From Dipteris shenzhenensis (taxonomy: Eukaryota): a stretch of DNA of 64,000 nt. Shown one piece after another: positions 14,293-26,065 of the stretch. Within the stretch, counting starts at the first letter, position 1. Each line of letters starts with the position of its first letter. The translations under genes and the position numbers were made by a program. The stretch lies in NCBI GenBank assembly GCA_047967505.1, contig CM106538.1, one strand, 5' to 3'. The notes beneath the pieces were generated by a model. The model saw only the letters and a program-made list of their open reading frames with translations. It searched no databases and had not been told where the DNA came from.

Positions 14293-16971
14293 CTAATTAT
14301 AGCCTTTTCTTTTATAGCTTGACTTCCAGAGTGCTAATGCTCTATCATACGGAAAGCTAGTAACATCATAAGAACAAGAGTATAATCTCAAGCTAAGATC
14401 TAAGTTATCATCTAGCTTATTACGAAGCTTATTCTTCAAGTAACCGAGAGTACTAAAACACCTTTCATCCTCAACTGAATCAAGAATAAAGGTTTGACAT
14501 AAATTTGCAAGCTTGAAGTACTCAGAAATGTTATCTTGTAGGAATGTACTGCGAGAGAGCTCGTTCCAAAGCCGAACCATCGAACCTTGCATTTGAACGT
14601 TTTCCATTAAATTACTTTGCTAGTGCATGACTTCTCCAAAAAGGGAAGACTGTGAATAAAGCTTTCCAAAATCCAACAAACCATTGTACTTTATATTGTC
14701 CATGTCAATGTCCCGTCCAAAGTGTTTTTTGAGAGCATCCAAATGATTCTTTAGACCTGCTTTGATACTTTCATAAGATCCATTGACACAAAAATGTGGA
14801 AATATGATGGTAAATGCTTCCATTAGGTCATTTTGTGGAAACCTACTTCTAATCTCATCTACCACTGCACTTGCAACTTCACTAAGGGCATTTTTCAATG
14901 TTTGTACTTTCTTTAAAAAAGCCTCTTTTTTAATGTATTGTAGTTTTTTGTGTCATTTGTTTTCTCTCGTCATCCTGAAAACCTGATTGTTTGCACGAAG
15001 GTAAACATATCCTTCCTGGTCACATGTTAAAAGTGAGGAGTCCCCATCTAGGTCTATTAAACTTTTCCAATCTTTAAACAATTTCTCGTCTTGAAAACTG
15101 GAGCTTGACTTCTTATCGTATGCTGTTGTTATACTCAAATTAGTGAGTTTTATTGCCTTGACATATTCATTGATATAAATATCCTTTGATTGTGACATTT
15201 TACTCAACATATTCATTTTGTCTAAAAGTGGAATAATTCCACACAATCCTAATATCGAATCTATGTTGGTCAGTTTATGATACTTTTCAACCTCTTCTTC
15301 TACCTCCATGTGCATTAAATAGACCAAAGTCTTGTATTCATCCCATAATCTTTTCACTAGCTGAACCAAAGATATCGATCTAGTATCCACATTCTTCAAA
15401 ATCTTCCTCCCTTTTGTACCCAGTGCTTCTACAATAACTCTAAATTGATTGTATCTTTTTGGACTCTTGCAAAAGTAAGAGTAGCTTTTTTTAACCAACG
15501 TCTCGATTCGTTGTACTGATGGAAATGTGGACACAACTTTGTAAGCTAGATTTGTGCGATGAGTCATACAATGTATCCCAACACAGTAAGGAGTATATTT
15601 TGTTTCTATTTGTACAGAGACACCATTCCGAAAACCTTGCAAGACTGAAGCACCATCACATGCAAAACAAACAAGTTTCTTGACCATCTCAGACTCTATC
15701 ACGCCTCCATACTCTTTTAAAGCTTGGATCAAAACTTGCACTAAGTTATTAGCATTGGATTCTGAATTAAGTTTGTGTACATGTAAAAAATATGGTTTTC
15801 TCTTATTGTTTTCTACCACGTACAAATGCATTCCTAACCACGATGTAGTATCCACAGCTGTGTACTCATCCAATGACACATAAAAAAATTCTGCAAGTTT
15901 TAAAGTCTCCTTTAAATCATCAATTATGACTTGGTTCATGTGGTTAGCCATATTTGTTGCACTACTCCTTGACCAATGCATGCTTGCCAAATTAGGAACA
16001 GATTCCAAAAATTGAAGATATGATTGGTAACCCAAGAAGTCTATCAGTGAGTGGCCTTGCTTCAATATTTGCATGATAGTTGAGAATTGCACTATCTTTT
16101 CTCTATCAACCTGATCATCGATACATTCCCAACGCTTTTTCAATGATCCTTCACTTTTATTTCTGCTAGACTCTTGTGCAAGCAAGAACTTACTGTACTC
16201 AATCTCATTTTTTAATTGGCGGTTATTTTCCTTGTCCCATTCTTTGATCACTTTCTTTTCATTACTTGTACCTTCTATAGTCTTGTAAACCTTCCCACAA
16301 TGCTTCTCAATCATATCAATCTTCAATTGTAACCATGCCTCCTTTTTCCTTGCCCATGTGCATATTTTACAAATGGCCCACTTTGGTGCATCCCCAGTGT
16401 CCACTTGTTCTACATCTAACTAAGGATATTTGGCTACCCAATCTTCTTGAAAATTCCTACGAATATCCCAAGCTCTCTTTCTCTTCTGCTTACTTGAAGA
16501 GTTGCAATTTTGTGATGCATTCTCAATGGCTTCTTCAGTTGGTGTTGACATTGATGATACTTTTTCTGACATTTTTCCACTTTCCAATCCAGTTAAATCC
16601 ACTACCTCATTATTTGTCAATGATGTGCCAGCTGATGAATTTTCAATTCCAATTGCATTCCCTTGATTACAATTTTGTGATCCTGTCTTCCCTGCTTCCA
16701 AGACTTGAAAACTCAAATCCCTGTTAAAACTATCATCGTTAAGCAATGATCTAGAACATTGATTTCTAGCATGATGCATTGTGCCCAAAGCATGTTCAGG
16801 AGTCCCATAAATTGCTTCATGATTCATGGATGATGAACTTGAGAGTAAATTCTCTGGTGTACTTGATGTTGTAAACATGTTTATATTAGTGCCCAATGAT
16901 GTAGAAGGTAATAAGAAAGATGTCATTTTTGTATTTTTCTCTAGAGCTTGAACTTTCTTCTTTCTTCCCAT
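14293..16971 (-). pseudogene. hAT transposase (DUF4371/ZNF862-like plus hATC dimerisation domain), one frame with 3 premature stops
   Basis: Four ORFs share a frame; motifs RRNFQEDWVAKYP, CKIC, SLDE, ACDGAS, HCMTHRTNL, SVEDERCFSTL..LKNKLRNKL; stops at 16420, 14953 and 14620. Confidence 0.92.
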
Positions 16972-17325
16972 GATAAGTACCTGTATAAAAAATTATGTTT
17001 TTATCAGCAATTGAGCATAAAATAGAACATAATTTCTTTTCTCTAAACACATGCTGAAAAAATAGCATAATAATTCTTATCCTTATAAAATTATGTGCAC
17101 TTCAAGTGCATTGCAAATCAAGTATAACACATCTTCCAAGAGAAGAAATACTTTAATTTATTTTCATACAAATCTACTATATGAATACAAAATGAATACA
17201 AGTCCACCACATGAATACAACAAGATATTGCTAGCTTCAAAGCAACATTCATCTCATCAATTGGCCGCATTGCTAGACTTGCATTACATCCAAAGCAACA
17301 TTCAAAGGTAGATTGAGTATATTTT

Positions 17326-18988
17326 CTATGTTGCTAGCTTCAAAGCAACATTCATCTCATCAAGGGGCCGCATTGCTAGACTTGAATTACATCCAAATGT
17401 TGATAGGATACTATAGGTATCCATAAGTGCTATTCTCTCTACAGAATTCTCAGTCATCATCTTTTCAAAGGCATGTTTTTTTATACACTTTAATAGTGCA
17501 CTATCAGGCATGTGGCGAGACTGTTCAAAATACCCAACTGCATCTTCCCAAAACTGTATAATCTCTGTAATTATCCATCCTAATGCATATATGTCTGACT
17601 TAGGGCTATACACACCTCTCCTAGAAAAACATTGAAGCTCAGGTGTAAACCACTTCTTTCGTGCATGCTCTTACTCTTTCTTATGCTTCCTTTGTGTAAA
17701 TTGTTGGTCAGTCTCTAGAGGTGTCTTCTTCATATCCTTAAAAGCTTTTCTAGTCTCTAAAGAAACTAGTGCCATCCTTTAATCAATTATGCCAACTCTA
17801 CATGCACCATTTGCTGTGAAATCTAACTGAATGTTACCAGGATGTAAGTCTGTATGAATCCATTGACCCTTATGTAACCTTGCTAATCCAGCAATGAGTG
17901 CATGTATAATGTGGTGCACATTTGAACTAAAGTAGTTAATTTGCTCTATTTGCTCCCTTGTGCATACATCTTCCAATGTTCCTTATGCCCTTGCCTTTGT
18001 TTCTTTGCGTCTTTTTAGGATTATGTCAACATAGCACCTAAACCTGCCTTGCTCATATGGTAAAGTTCTCATGAAGTGCATCAAGCTACCACCGTTAAAA
18101 TATGGTGTGATAGTCCACAAGGGCTCTTCTGGAGTTGCTGCAACAACACGAACAAGCACAGGATGCCGAATTTGCATTTGTCCCTCCTTCCTTGCCTCTC
18201 GTGTAGGATCCCCTATGTCACCTTATATTGCTTTCCAGCATATAGCATATATGCTATAATAATCCTGGAGCACCTGTGAGTTGTACTTTGTAGACAAATC
18301 CATATGTGCCAGAACCTATCTTTTCACCAATTTGGATCTCATTTTCAGTTATGTACATCATGAAGGACACATTGCTTATATGACTTGCCCTGATTTGTAG
18401 CTTTTGAGAATCACTACCTTGCACTTCTCGCATTTTTCCATTCAAAATCCTTGCACTTTCTTCTCCTTTTGCTACTTCCTCTGCCCTTCCGAAAGTAATT
18501 GCTGACTTTTTCTCCCAACTTACAGCTAGTATGGTTTTCACATCCGACCTTATAACCTTTGTCTTATTTTTAGCCCAGAAGGAATTCCATAAATGCATCT
18601 TTTCCTCATTAATATCATTTGCAAATGTTGGGTTCCTTGCGCATGCTTCATTAAACCGAGCCAAGACATTCCCAATGTTGCTCTCTACCCATAGCATAAC
18701 ATCAGTGTCCCATTTTATGATCCCTACAAGGTGTTTCCTGTTAGGATCCAGTTCTACTTGACGCCTTGTATTCAAAACAACTTTGCTCTTTAGAGTATGC
18801 AATCTAGAAGTGCTTTCTATGGTCATCTCCATCTCCTTTGTACTCATGTTATTTATCTCTACAAGAAGCTCATCTCGAAGGACTTGATTGACATACTTTC
18901 GTTGTCCTTTAGATAACTCAAAATCAATAGCCTTACGCTTAGATCCTTCCATCCCTAAACCATATGTAGGATCAAAACAAAAGAGCAT
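17326..18988 (-). pseudogene. intronless protein kinase with ~190-aa N-terminal extension (disrupted)
   Basis: IGSGTYGFVYK, YAGK (shifted frame), IRHPVLVRV, PYFNGGSL, HTDLHPGNI, GIID*, WFTPEL, SDIYALG in order; frameshift near 18230-18260 and in-frame stops. Confidence 0.85.
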
Positions 18989-19059
18989 TCAAAAATAGTT
19001 CTAAATCTAAGAAATGGAACAGCTTTATCATAGCCCAACATACATGACATTGGTAACTT

Positions 19060-20486
19060 ATTAAAAAAAGAAGGATCACATCACATCATGCATACCAAAC
19101 AATAATGCATATGCATATTCACAACATAAACTTTAAAAAATAAATAAGCATATATTTTTGCAGGTTGTCAGCTAGAACTAAGGAACTTGGTCCTGGGTCG
19201 TGGTGCCTCTTAGCCCCCTACCTTGTGAGCGCAGGAACCAGACACCACTTCCTGAACCAAGCCCTTCTTTCATGTTTGAAATCATAATACTACACTACAT
19301 AAAGCATGCCAAACCAATTTCAACTTACTCTATACAATGCACCAATAAATACATTAAAAAAGAAAGAGCACATCACAGATAATGATGCATATGCATATTC
19401 ACAATAGAAACTTTTAAAAAATAAATAAGCATACATTCCTTCATCTTGTCAACTAGATCTAAGAAACTTGGTCCTAGGTCGTGGTACCTCTTAGCCCCCT
19501 ACCTTGTGAGCGCAAGGAACCAGACACCACTTCCTGAACCAAGCCCTTCTTTCATGTTTGAAATCATAATACTACACTACATAAAGCATGCCAAACCAAT
19601 TTCAACTTACTCTATACAATCCACCAATAAATACATTAAAAAAGAAAGAGCACATCATAGACAATGATGCATATGCATATTCACAATAGAAACTTTTAAA
19701 AAATAAATAAGCATACATTTCTTTAGCTTGTCAACTAGATCTAAGAAACTTGGTCCTAGGTCATGGTGCCTCTTAGCCCCCTACCTTGTGAGCACAGGAA
19801 CCAAACACCACTTCCTAGACCAAGTCCTTCTTTCATGTTTGAAATCTAATACTACACTACATAAAGCATGCCAAACCAATTTCAACTTACTCTATACAAT
19901 GCACCAATAAATACATTAAAGAAGAAAGAGCACATCACAGACAATGATGCATATGCATATTCATAACATAAACTTAAAAAAAATAAATAAGCATATATTT
20001 CTGCAGGTTGTTAGCTAGAACTAAGGAACTTGGTCCTAGGTCGTGGTGCCTCTTAGCCCCCTGCCTTGTGAGTGCAGGAACCAGACACCACTTCCTGAAC
20101 CAAGCCCTTCTTTCATATTTGAAATCATAATACTACACTACATAAAGCATGCCAAACCAATTTCAACTTACTCTATACAATGCACCAATAAATACATTAA
20201 AAAAGAAAGAGCACATCACAGACAATGATGCATGTGCATATTCACAACAGAAACTTTTAAAAAATAAATAAGCATACATTTCTTTAGCTTGTCAACTAGA
20301 TCTAAGAAACTTGGTCCTAGGTCGTGGTACCTCTTAGCCCCCTGCCTTGTGAGCGCAGGAACTAGACACCACTTCCTGAACCAACCCCTTCTTTCATGTT
20401 TGAAATCATAATACTATACTATATAAAGCATGCCAAACCAATTTCAACTTACTCTATACAATGCACCAATAAATACATTAAAAAAG
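19060..20486. repeat. tandem array of ~5 x 281-bp units
   Basis: AACTTGGTCCT.GGTC.TGGT.CCTCTTAGCCCC recurs at ~19183, 19465, 19747, 20027 and 20308. Confidence 0.95.
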
Positions 20487-21099
20487 ACTTGCTACCCATG
20501 TGGTAGCAGATCTGCTGCCTACATGTCAGCCTTAATTCTTTCCCTACTGTAGTTAATCCTCTACAGCTACTAGCTATGGTGTATGAAAGACCAAATAGAG
20601 ATTACACATACCAGTTTTAGTAGCACCCAAGCTTTAAGGCATCTCCTTCTGGTACCATGGATGTTGGTGATGGACAATTTCAAAGGATTGCAATAGATGG
20701 GGCATTGCCCACTATATGCCAACCTCCAATCTTGTCTCTATCTTACGCCTCAAAAACGATGGCCTGAATTAGACCAATAGTAGATTCATTAGGTGAGCAC
20801 CATACAAATGCATGGCCTAAAAGACAGCTCAAATATTACATGACAAATCAAGTAATCGACGTATTGTTCTGAAAGGCCAAATACGACACTACGTCGATCC
20901 TGAATAGTCATGACTCACACTCACAGACACACACACACACATGTATAACTAACAAAAGAAATTAAAAGTAAATATATGAGTAAAGCTTCTTAACAATATA
21001 TGAGTTAAGCCTCATGACAATAAAGAAGTCACATAAAGTCCTTAAGCCACTAAAAGACAAGAATTAGTGCTTCCTATAGTATCTCTTCCTTGTACCTCC

Positions 21100-21850
21100 C
21101 AACCAATAATTACATGTCCAAAGAAAATACCTTCTTTAAATAAAAGAGATTAACTCTTGGCAATCTAATGTTCCCAAATGAATCCTTGTTTAGCTATTAA
21201 CAATTAATGGAATTCTTATAAAATATTAGAGAAAATCCCAAGGGAGTATAACGCACATCCAAGTAATACTTAAGACTCCAAAGGGAATACTGTCCTTTAA
21301 AGGGATATGATAGCATCCAATAATGCACTATGAGAAGCCCCGACAATGTAGTATACTTCCTAATGAGAGCATTGAGCTCATCTTTTCAAGTACGAAATAA
21401 AGTATGGCTCGAACACGAGAATGCGAATGAAAATTAAATGAAACTAAATGCCAGTGCATGAGCCATCCCCCTAGAATACTTAAGAAAAAAGGTCGAGAGG
21501 GTGGAGATCTAAGGTCATTTCGCACTCAAGTAGAGAGTTGATTCATGCAACCAAGACATCTACTATTAACGATGCACAACATTGTTCAAACAACACAACC
21601 AATCTATGGCATGAGAAATGTTAGAGGGGGGGAAAATGTCTGGCCCTGACGACGTAGATGCTTTGGGAGATATTCCTGCAAGGATTGCTATCAGAGCATT
21701 AAAATTAGACGAGCCTCGATTGAGCTGGTAGATAAGAAATGACGTCAGTTCCTTGCAGAAAATGCTCCGAGGCATCAAGATTCTTGCCATAAATAGATTC
21801 TTTGGACTGCGAGAACTCGGCTTCCTTCCACACAAACGTTCATAAACAGC
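21100..21850 (-). pseudogene. possible heavily decayed LINE 3' (zf-RVT region) fragment
   Basis: T*VRNDLRS resembles the plant L1 WxxRNxxxF motif; Trp-rich broken frames. Confidence 0.3.
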
Positions 21851-21915
21851 TCATTTCCTACTCATTTTCCCATAGTCCCTAGTCGCTGTGAAGATCTCCA
21901 CCTCCAGACCTCCAC

Positions 21916-22338
21916 ATGAAGGACCCTCAGCTCTTCTCCATCCTTTTCCTCTCCCTCTCTTCCCTCTTCCTCCCCCTCTCGGCCTCCTCCTCCAGCCAAC
22001 CCCGCTACCTCAGCCCCCCACTCAAGTTCCAATTCTATCGCACCACTTGCCCCCAGCTCGAAAAGATCATAAAAGAGAGAGTTGCTTACTGGAGCTCCCT
22101 CGACGACACCACTCCTGCTCCTGTCTTGCGTCTCTTCTTCCATGATTGTTTCGTTCAAGGCTGCGATGCTTCTGTGCTCATCAACTCCACGACTAAATCC
22201 ACAGTAGAGAGGGATGCTACCATCAACTTTAGCATCGGAGATTTCTTTGTTTTGGATGACATCAAACAGCGTTTAGAGGAGTGTCCCGACACTGTCTCTT
22301 GTGCTGACACTATTACTCTCGCTACATGGAAGGCATAG
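21916..22338 (+). pseudogene. class III secretory peroxidase 5' fragment
   Basis: Signal peptide, FYRTTCP, LRLFFHDCFVQGCDASVLI, CPDTVSCAD; truncated after ~140 aa. Confidence 0.93.
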
Positions 22339-22344
22339 TGGGTC

Positions 22345-22760
22345 AGCTTCAAAGTTTTCTCTCACTGCTTTCTTGCACAAAGATGGAGTCTCGTCTCCAA
22401 GAGTATAGAACCTAAAATCGAGAGACGTTTCTGGCAATGAAAAATCCAAAGAACCTGAGTTCTCCCTGGTACTAGGCACAACGCCGGATGAGGTATCAGC
22501 TATACGATGAGTGTTACCCTGTGTGACTTTATGTTGTCTTGAGTTTACTACACAATCATTAGGAATTGAAGTTCTCTTCTGTCCGGTGAGATGTTGAACA
22601 ACAGAACAAAAGTTCGACGCATCGGTAGTGACACAGTTTCCCTGCGCGACTACAATTGAGGAGAAGCCCAAGCCAGTCTCTTGCCTCTATACTAGACTGC
22701 TTCCAAAGAAGGTAACCAGAGAAGCGAAGAGCATTCTAGCGAGAGTGTAAGCCCACAAAA
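22345..22760 (-). pseudogene. VQ-motif protein gene fragment
   Basis: VTTDASNFCSVVQHLTG matches the FxxxVQxLTG VQ consensus; no intact start. Confidence 0.8.
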
Positions 22761-25700
22761 ATCAGCAAAAAGCCATGCAAATGCTAGAAGAATCAGCAAG
22801 ATGCACTCGCAACAAGCTTTCCATCTCTCTGATGTAAAAATGTTTACGATTGTTATTCAATGGAACGCCAATGAAGGACATATGTACTAATCTCCACAGA
22901 GAACACGATTTCCTAGCCTTAGGAGTCACGACTTCAGCACTGGGTGTTTGCAAAAACACGAAACTTCGAAGGCAAGTAGCACACCCAGCTCTTGATTTGG
23001 GCTTGAAAATGGGCAGAACATCAACGGAGGAGGAGGATGGATGGAGCGAAGAGTAGTCGCAAGACAAATGCTACTGCAAAGTGGTGGCAAGCAGGTAGGA
23101 GTTGTAGAAAATTGGAGGCAAAGGGGGAGTTGGTGAGCACTTACTAGCTTGAGAATGATTTTACGTCGCCGTTTGGGACTTGATTTGGCAGCAAGCTGGC
23201 AGCTTACACCCTGGTCCCCATCCTATGACTCATGAGTCATCAGTTATAAGTTAGAGCCTTATATTACAATTTACAAAATTTCAAAATTTTCATTAGGAAT
23301 TCAAATACCTTATGGTCTATTGAATATCACATTAAAGTAATGCTCATTTTTGTTATAGTAGGTCAAAAACTTATATACACTCAAAATTGCCAATTTATGA
23401 AACCTTCTCAAAAAAATTTTCAAGGTTATTTCTCAAAATTTTCCATTCATCTGACATTAAACCTCGATTTTTCATGAACACTAGTCCAAGCCATGAGGAC
23501 AATTGCTATATAGTTGTGGTCCTCCATATATTTTCCAAGCAATATAGGTGTGGTCATCCATCTCATTAATTATCGATGATGTGGTCCAAATAATCTTCAG
23601 GCATCAGCTTGTGTCGCCTACTCTCCACCTACTATCCCCATCTAAAGCATGCTTAATTATGGGTACAAATTAAATATCCTTTAAGTTTGCATTCCACAAT
23701 GTCTCCACAACTTTTTCTAACCAAGTCACAATATCAGGACTGCTGGTGGTATGTATTCCATTTCACAACATCCAAGGATGACATTCAAGTCCCTAATAAA
23801 TCTTGAATCAACTCTTTTCTATGATTCATTTGAAATAATCCTAGTGGCTTTTATTCTCTCATGGTATTATTGTTGTTACAAACTCTAAGGCTTGCTCTGC
23901 ACTACTGAGATCGTACAAAGAGATATATGTCATCTCAACGTCCTCGTTCTCTTCATCTTGTAGTGTGTCTTATCCAACGTTATCTGACTCTATACTTTGT
24001 CGTTGTTTTAGTGTGTGTAAGTCACTATCAACTCATACTTGATATAATGGCTACATTTACACTTAAGCTGATTATTCAACAATAGCTAATATCAATGCCT
24101 TCTAACGCGCTCTTTCAATTTCAGTTGCTAATCTAAAGCGAGGAGGGGACTTGGGAGGCCATCAGTTTAAACGATGAATCTACACAACATATGAAATGCG
24201 CATGAAACAGGCTCAAAGTGAAAGTACCTGGAGTGACAACTCACGAGTCCTGGGTGATGGCTCCTTCGAGCTTCGAAGTTCGTATGAGTTGACTAGTGAG
24301 GAGTTCACATCGCACGATTATCAATGCCCAATTGCCTCTCAAATATTGATTCTGGATTCTGCAAACATTGAGGCTTGAGCCTTGAAAGGTGCCGGTGGGA
24401 TTTGGGAACTTGGGCTTCCTTTAAAGATTGATGTGACAGGCTCACGAATCACTACTTAGTACTAAAGTCTAAGTGCTCACGACTCACTGCTCACAAGCAA
24501 AGATGAAGCCTGATAGCAATTTGCAATGGGATAGAGCATTAAGCAAAGATGTGACAGAATGAGAAGAGACTAGAGTTTGAGAAAGGGACGTTGGATTTTG
24601 GAAAAGGGACGTTGGAAAAGAAACTTGGGAACTTGGGCTGGGAGAGAGGAGATTACAACATGTTATGTATCCCCATAGACATTGGATTATATTTGGACAA
24701 TCTCTAGGGACATGTCTTACCTTCCTTAGCACTCCACGAGGACATCTAGAGGTGCAAGTAGCTAGGAGAGGTCTTGCTCATATGGGACTTCAATGCCAAG
24801 ACCAACAACATGTGTGTGTGTGTGTGTGTGTAAAAATAGAAAGAGAGTATGTCCCCCTATACATTGATACATTTAAGTATTTGCATGTGGCATTTTAGTT
24901 TAGTTCATTTCTTCTTATTTGTTGTCATAAATCTATAGAATCTTCCACTATACAAGATTGTGAGACTGGATAGATGGCTTAAGTGTACTAAATGTATGAG
25001 AATGCTAGAGGGGTAGATTTATATTTAAAGCCTCTATTGACTGGCCAGTTCTTTACATTGTGATAAATTTCTAAACACATAAATGCATAGTACATGATGA
25101 AATTAAAGTTAGATTTTCACACACACACACACACATACACACAACTAAATATAAATGCATAGAAGTACATGATGAAATTAAAGTTAGATTTTCACACACA
25201 CACACAACTAAATATGTGACTTATTGCATATTCACTACTCTAGCTCTATTCATTAATTTAGTTGAATTTTTACCTACTTTTTGCGATCATAAACTGTGAC
25301 TAAAGAAATACTTAAAATATCTAACAAGACACCTTCTACCATGCCATTATAGAAAATTTCATTCTTTAATTTTGTGTCATTTTAATCATTTGATTATTCT
25401 TGCTAGGAATCTATTGTTGTTTCTATTTACCTATGTATGTAGTGTCCTTCCATGTTCTTGTTGAAGATAGAAGCATGAAGAGATATATCCCTACTATATG
25501 ACTTGATGAGGGGTAGACATATTGCTAATGATGGGCCTACCATAGGCTTGAGTTAGCCAAATGTACGCTGGATATAAGGGCACAAGTCTTCTTGATTGCA
25601 CAAGTCTTCTTTTGGTGCTTAATTCTATAGATCTAGCCAAAATTTTAAATTGTATATATAATATGTTGGTGAAAGTTTCCAAATATATTTATTTATTATA

Positions 25701-25896
25701 TAAAACTTTGGCGAATTTTCATGGACTTTATTTATAATTTTATAATCTTGAAGGCTAAACCTAGCTCTTTTTTTAATTTTAGTTTCAAATTGTGGCGAAT
25801 ACACTAAGCTTTTATTTTTATAAAAGCATATAAACTTTCACAAGCCATATAAAACTTTCGCTTATTAACGAAACTAACGCGAAAAAATCATCCCTG

Positions 25897-26065
25897 TAGC
25901 AAAGGCCTTGACTTCACAGGTTAGCGGGCAACAATAAGCAACGATGGCTGCTGTAGTGTGTATGGGTTTTCTTGTTGGCTTGCAGAGGCTCTTCCTTAGA
26001 GGAATCCTCTTACTTGTAAGCATATCTTTTGTATTTCAATATACTACTACACTTTTGGCCAAGAA
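25897..26065 (+). repeat. right part of the interrupted small-ORF repeat
   Basis: TTGCAGAGG..CTTCCTTA.A.GAATCCTCTTACTTGTAA matches ~28295-28335. Confidence 0.8.

Larger units (their letters stand above)
13926..25896 (-). mobile_element. ~12-kb hAT (Ac/Tam3 superfamily) DNA transposon with cargo
   Basis: 8-bp TSD TAGCAAAG at 13918-13925 and 25897-25904; left end CAAGGATATTTTTATCG vs right end (revcomp) CAGGGATGATTTTTTCG; internal hAT transposase; the flanks rejoin into one repeat. Confidence 0.88.

Noticed and set aside
19060-20486. CRISPR-like array, or repeated small ORFs (19200, 19446, 20043) as genes
   Set aside because: Whole units are repeated with no unique spacers, there are no cas genes, the context is eukaryotic, and the ORFs are by-products of the repeat.
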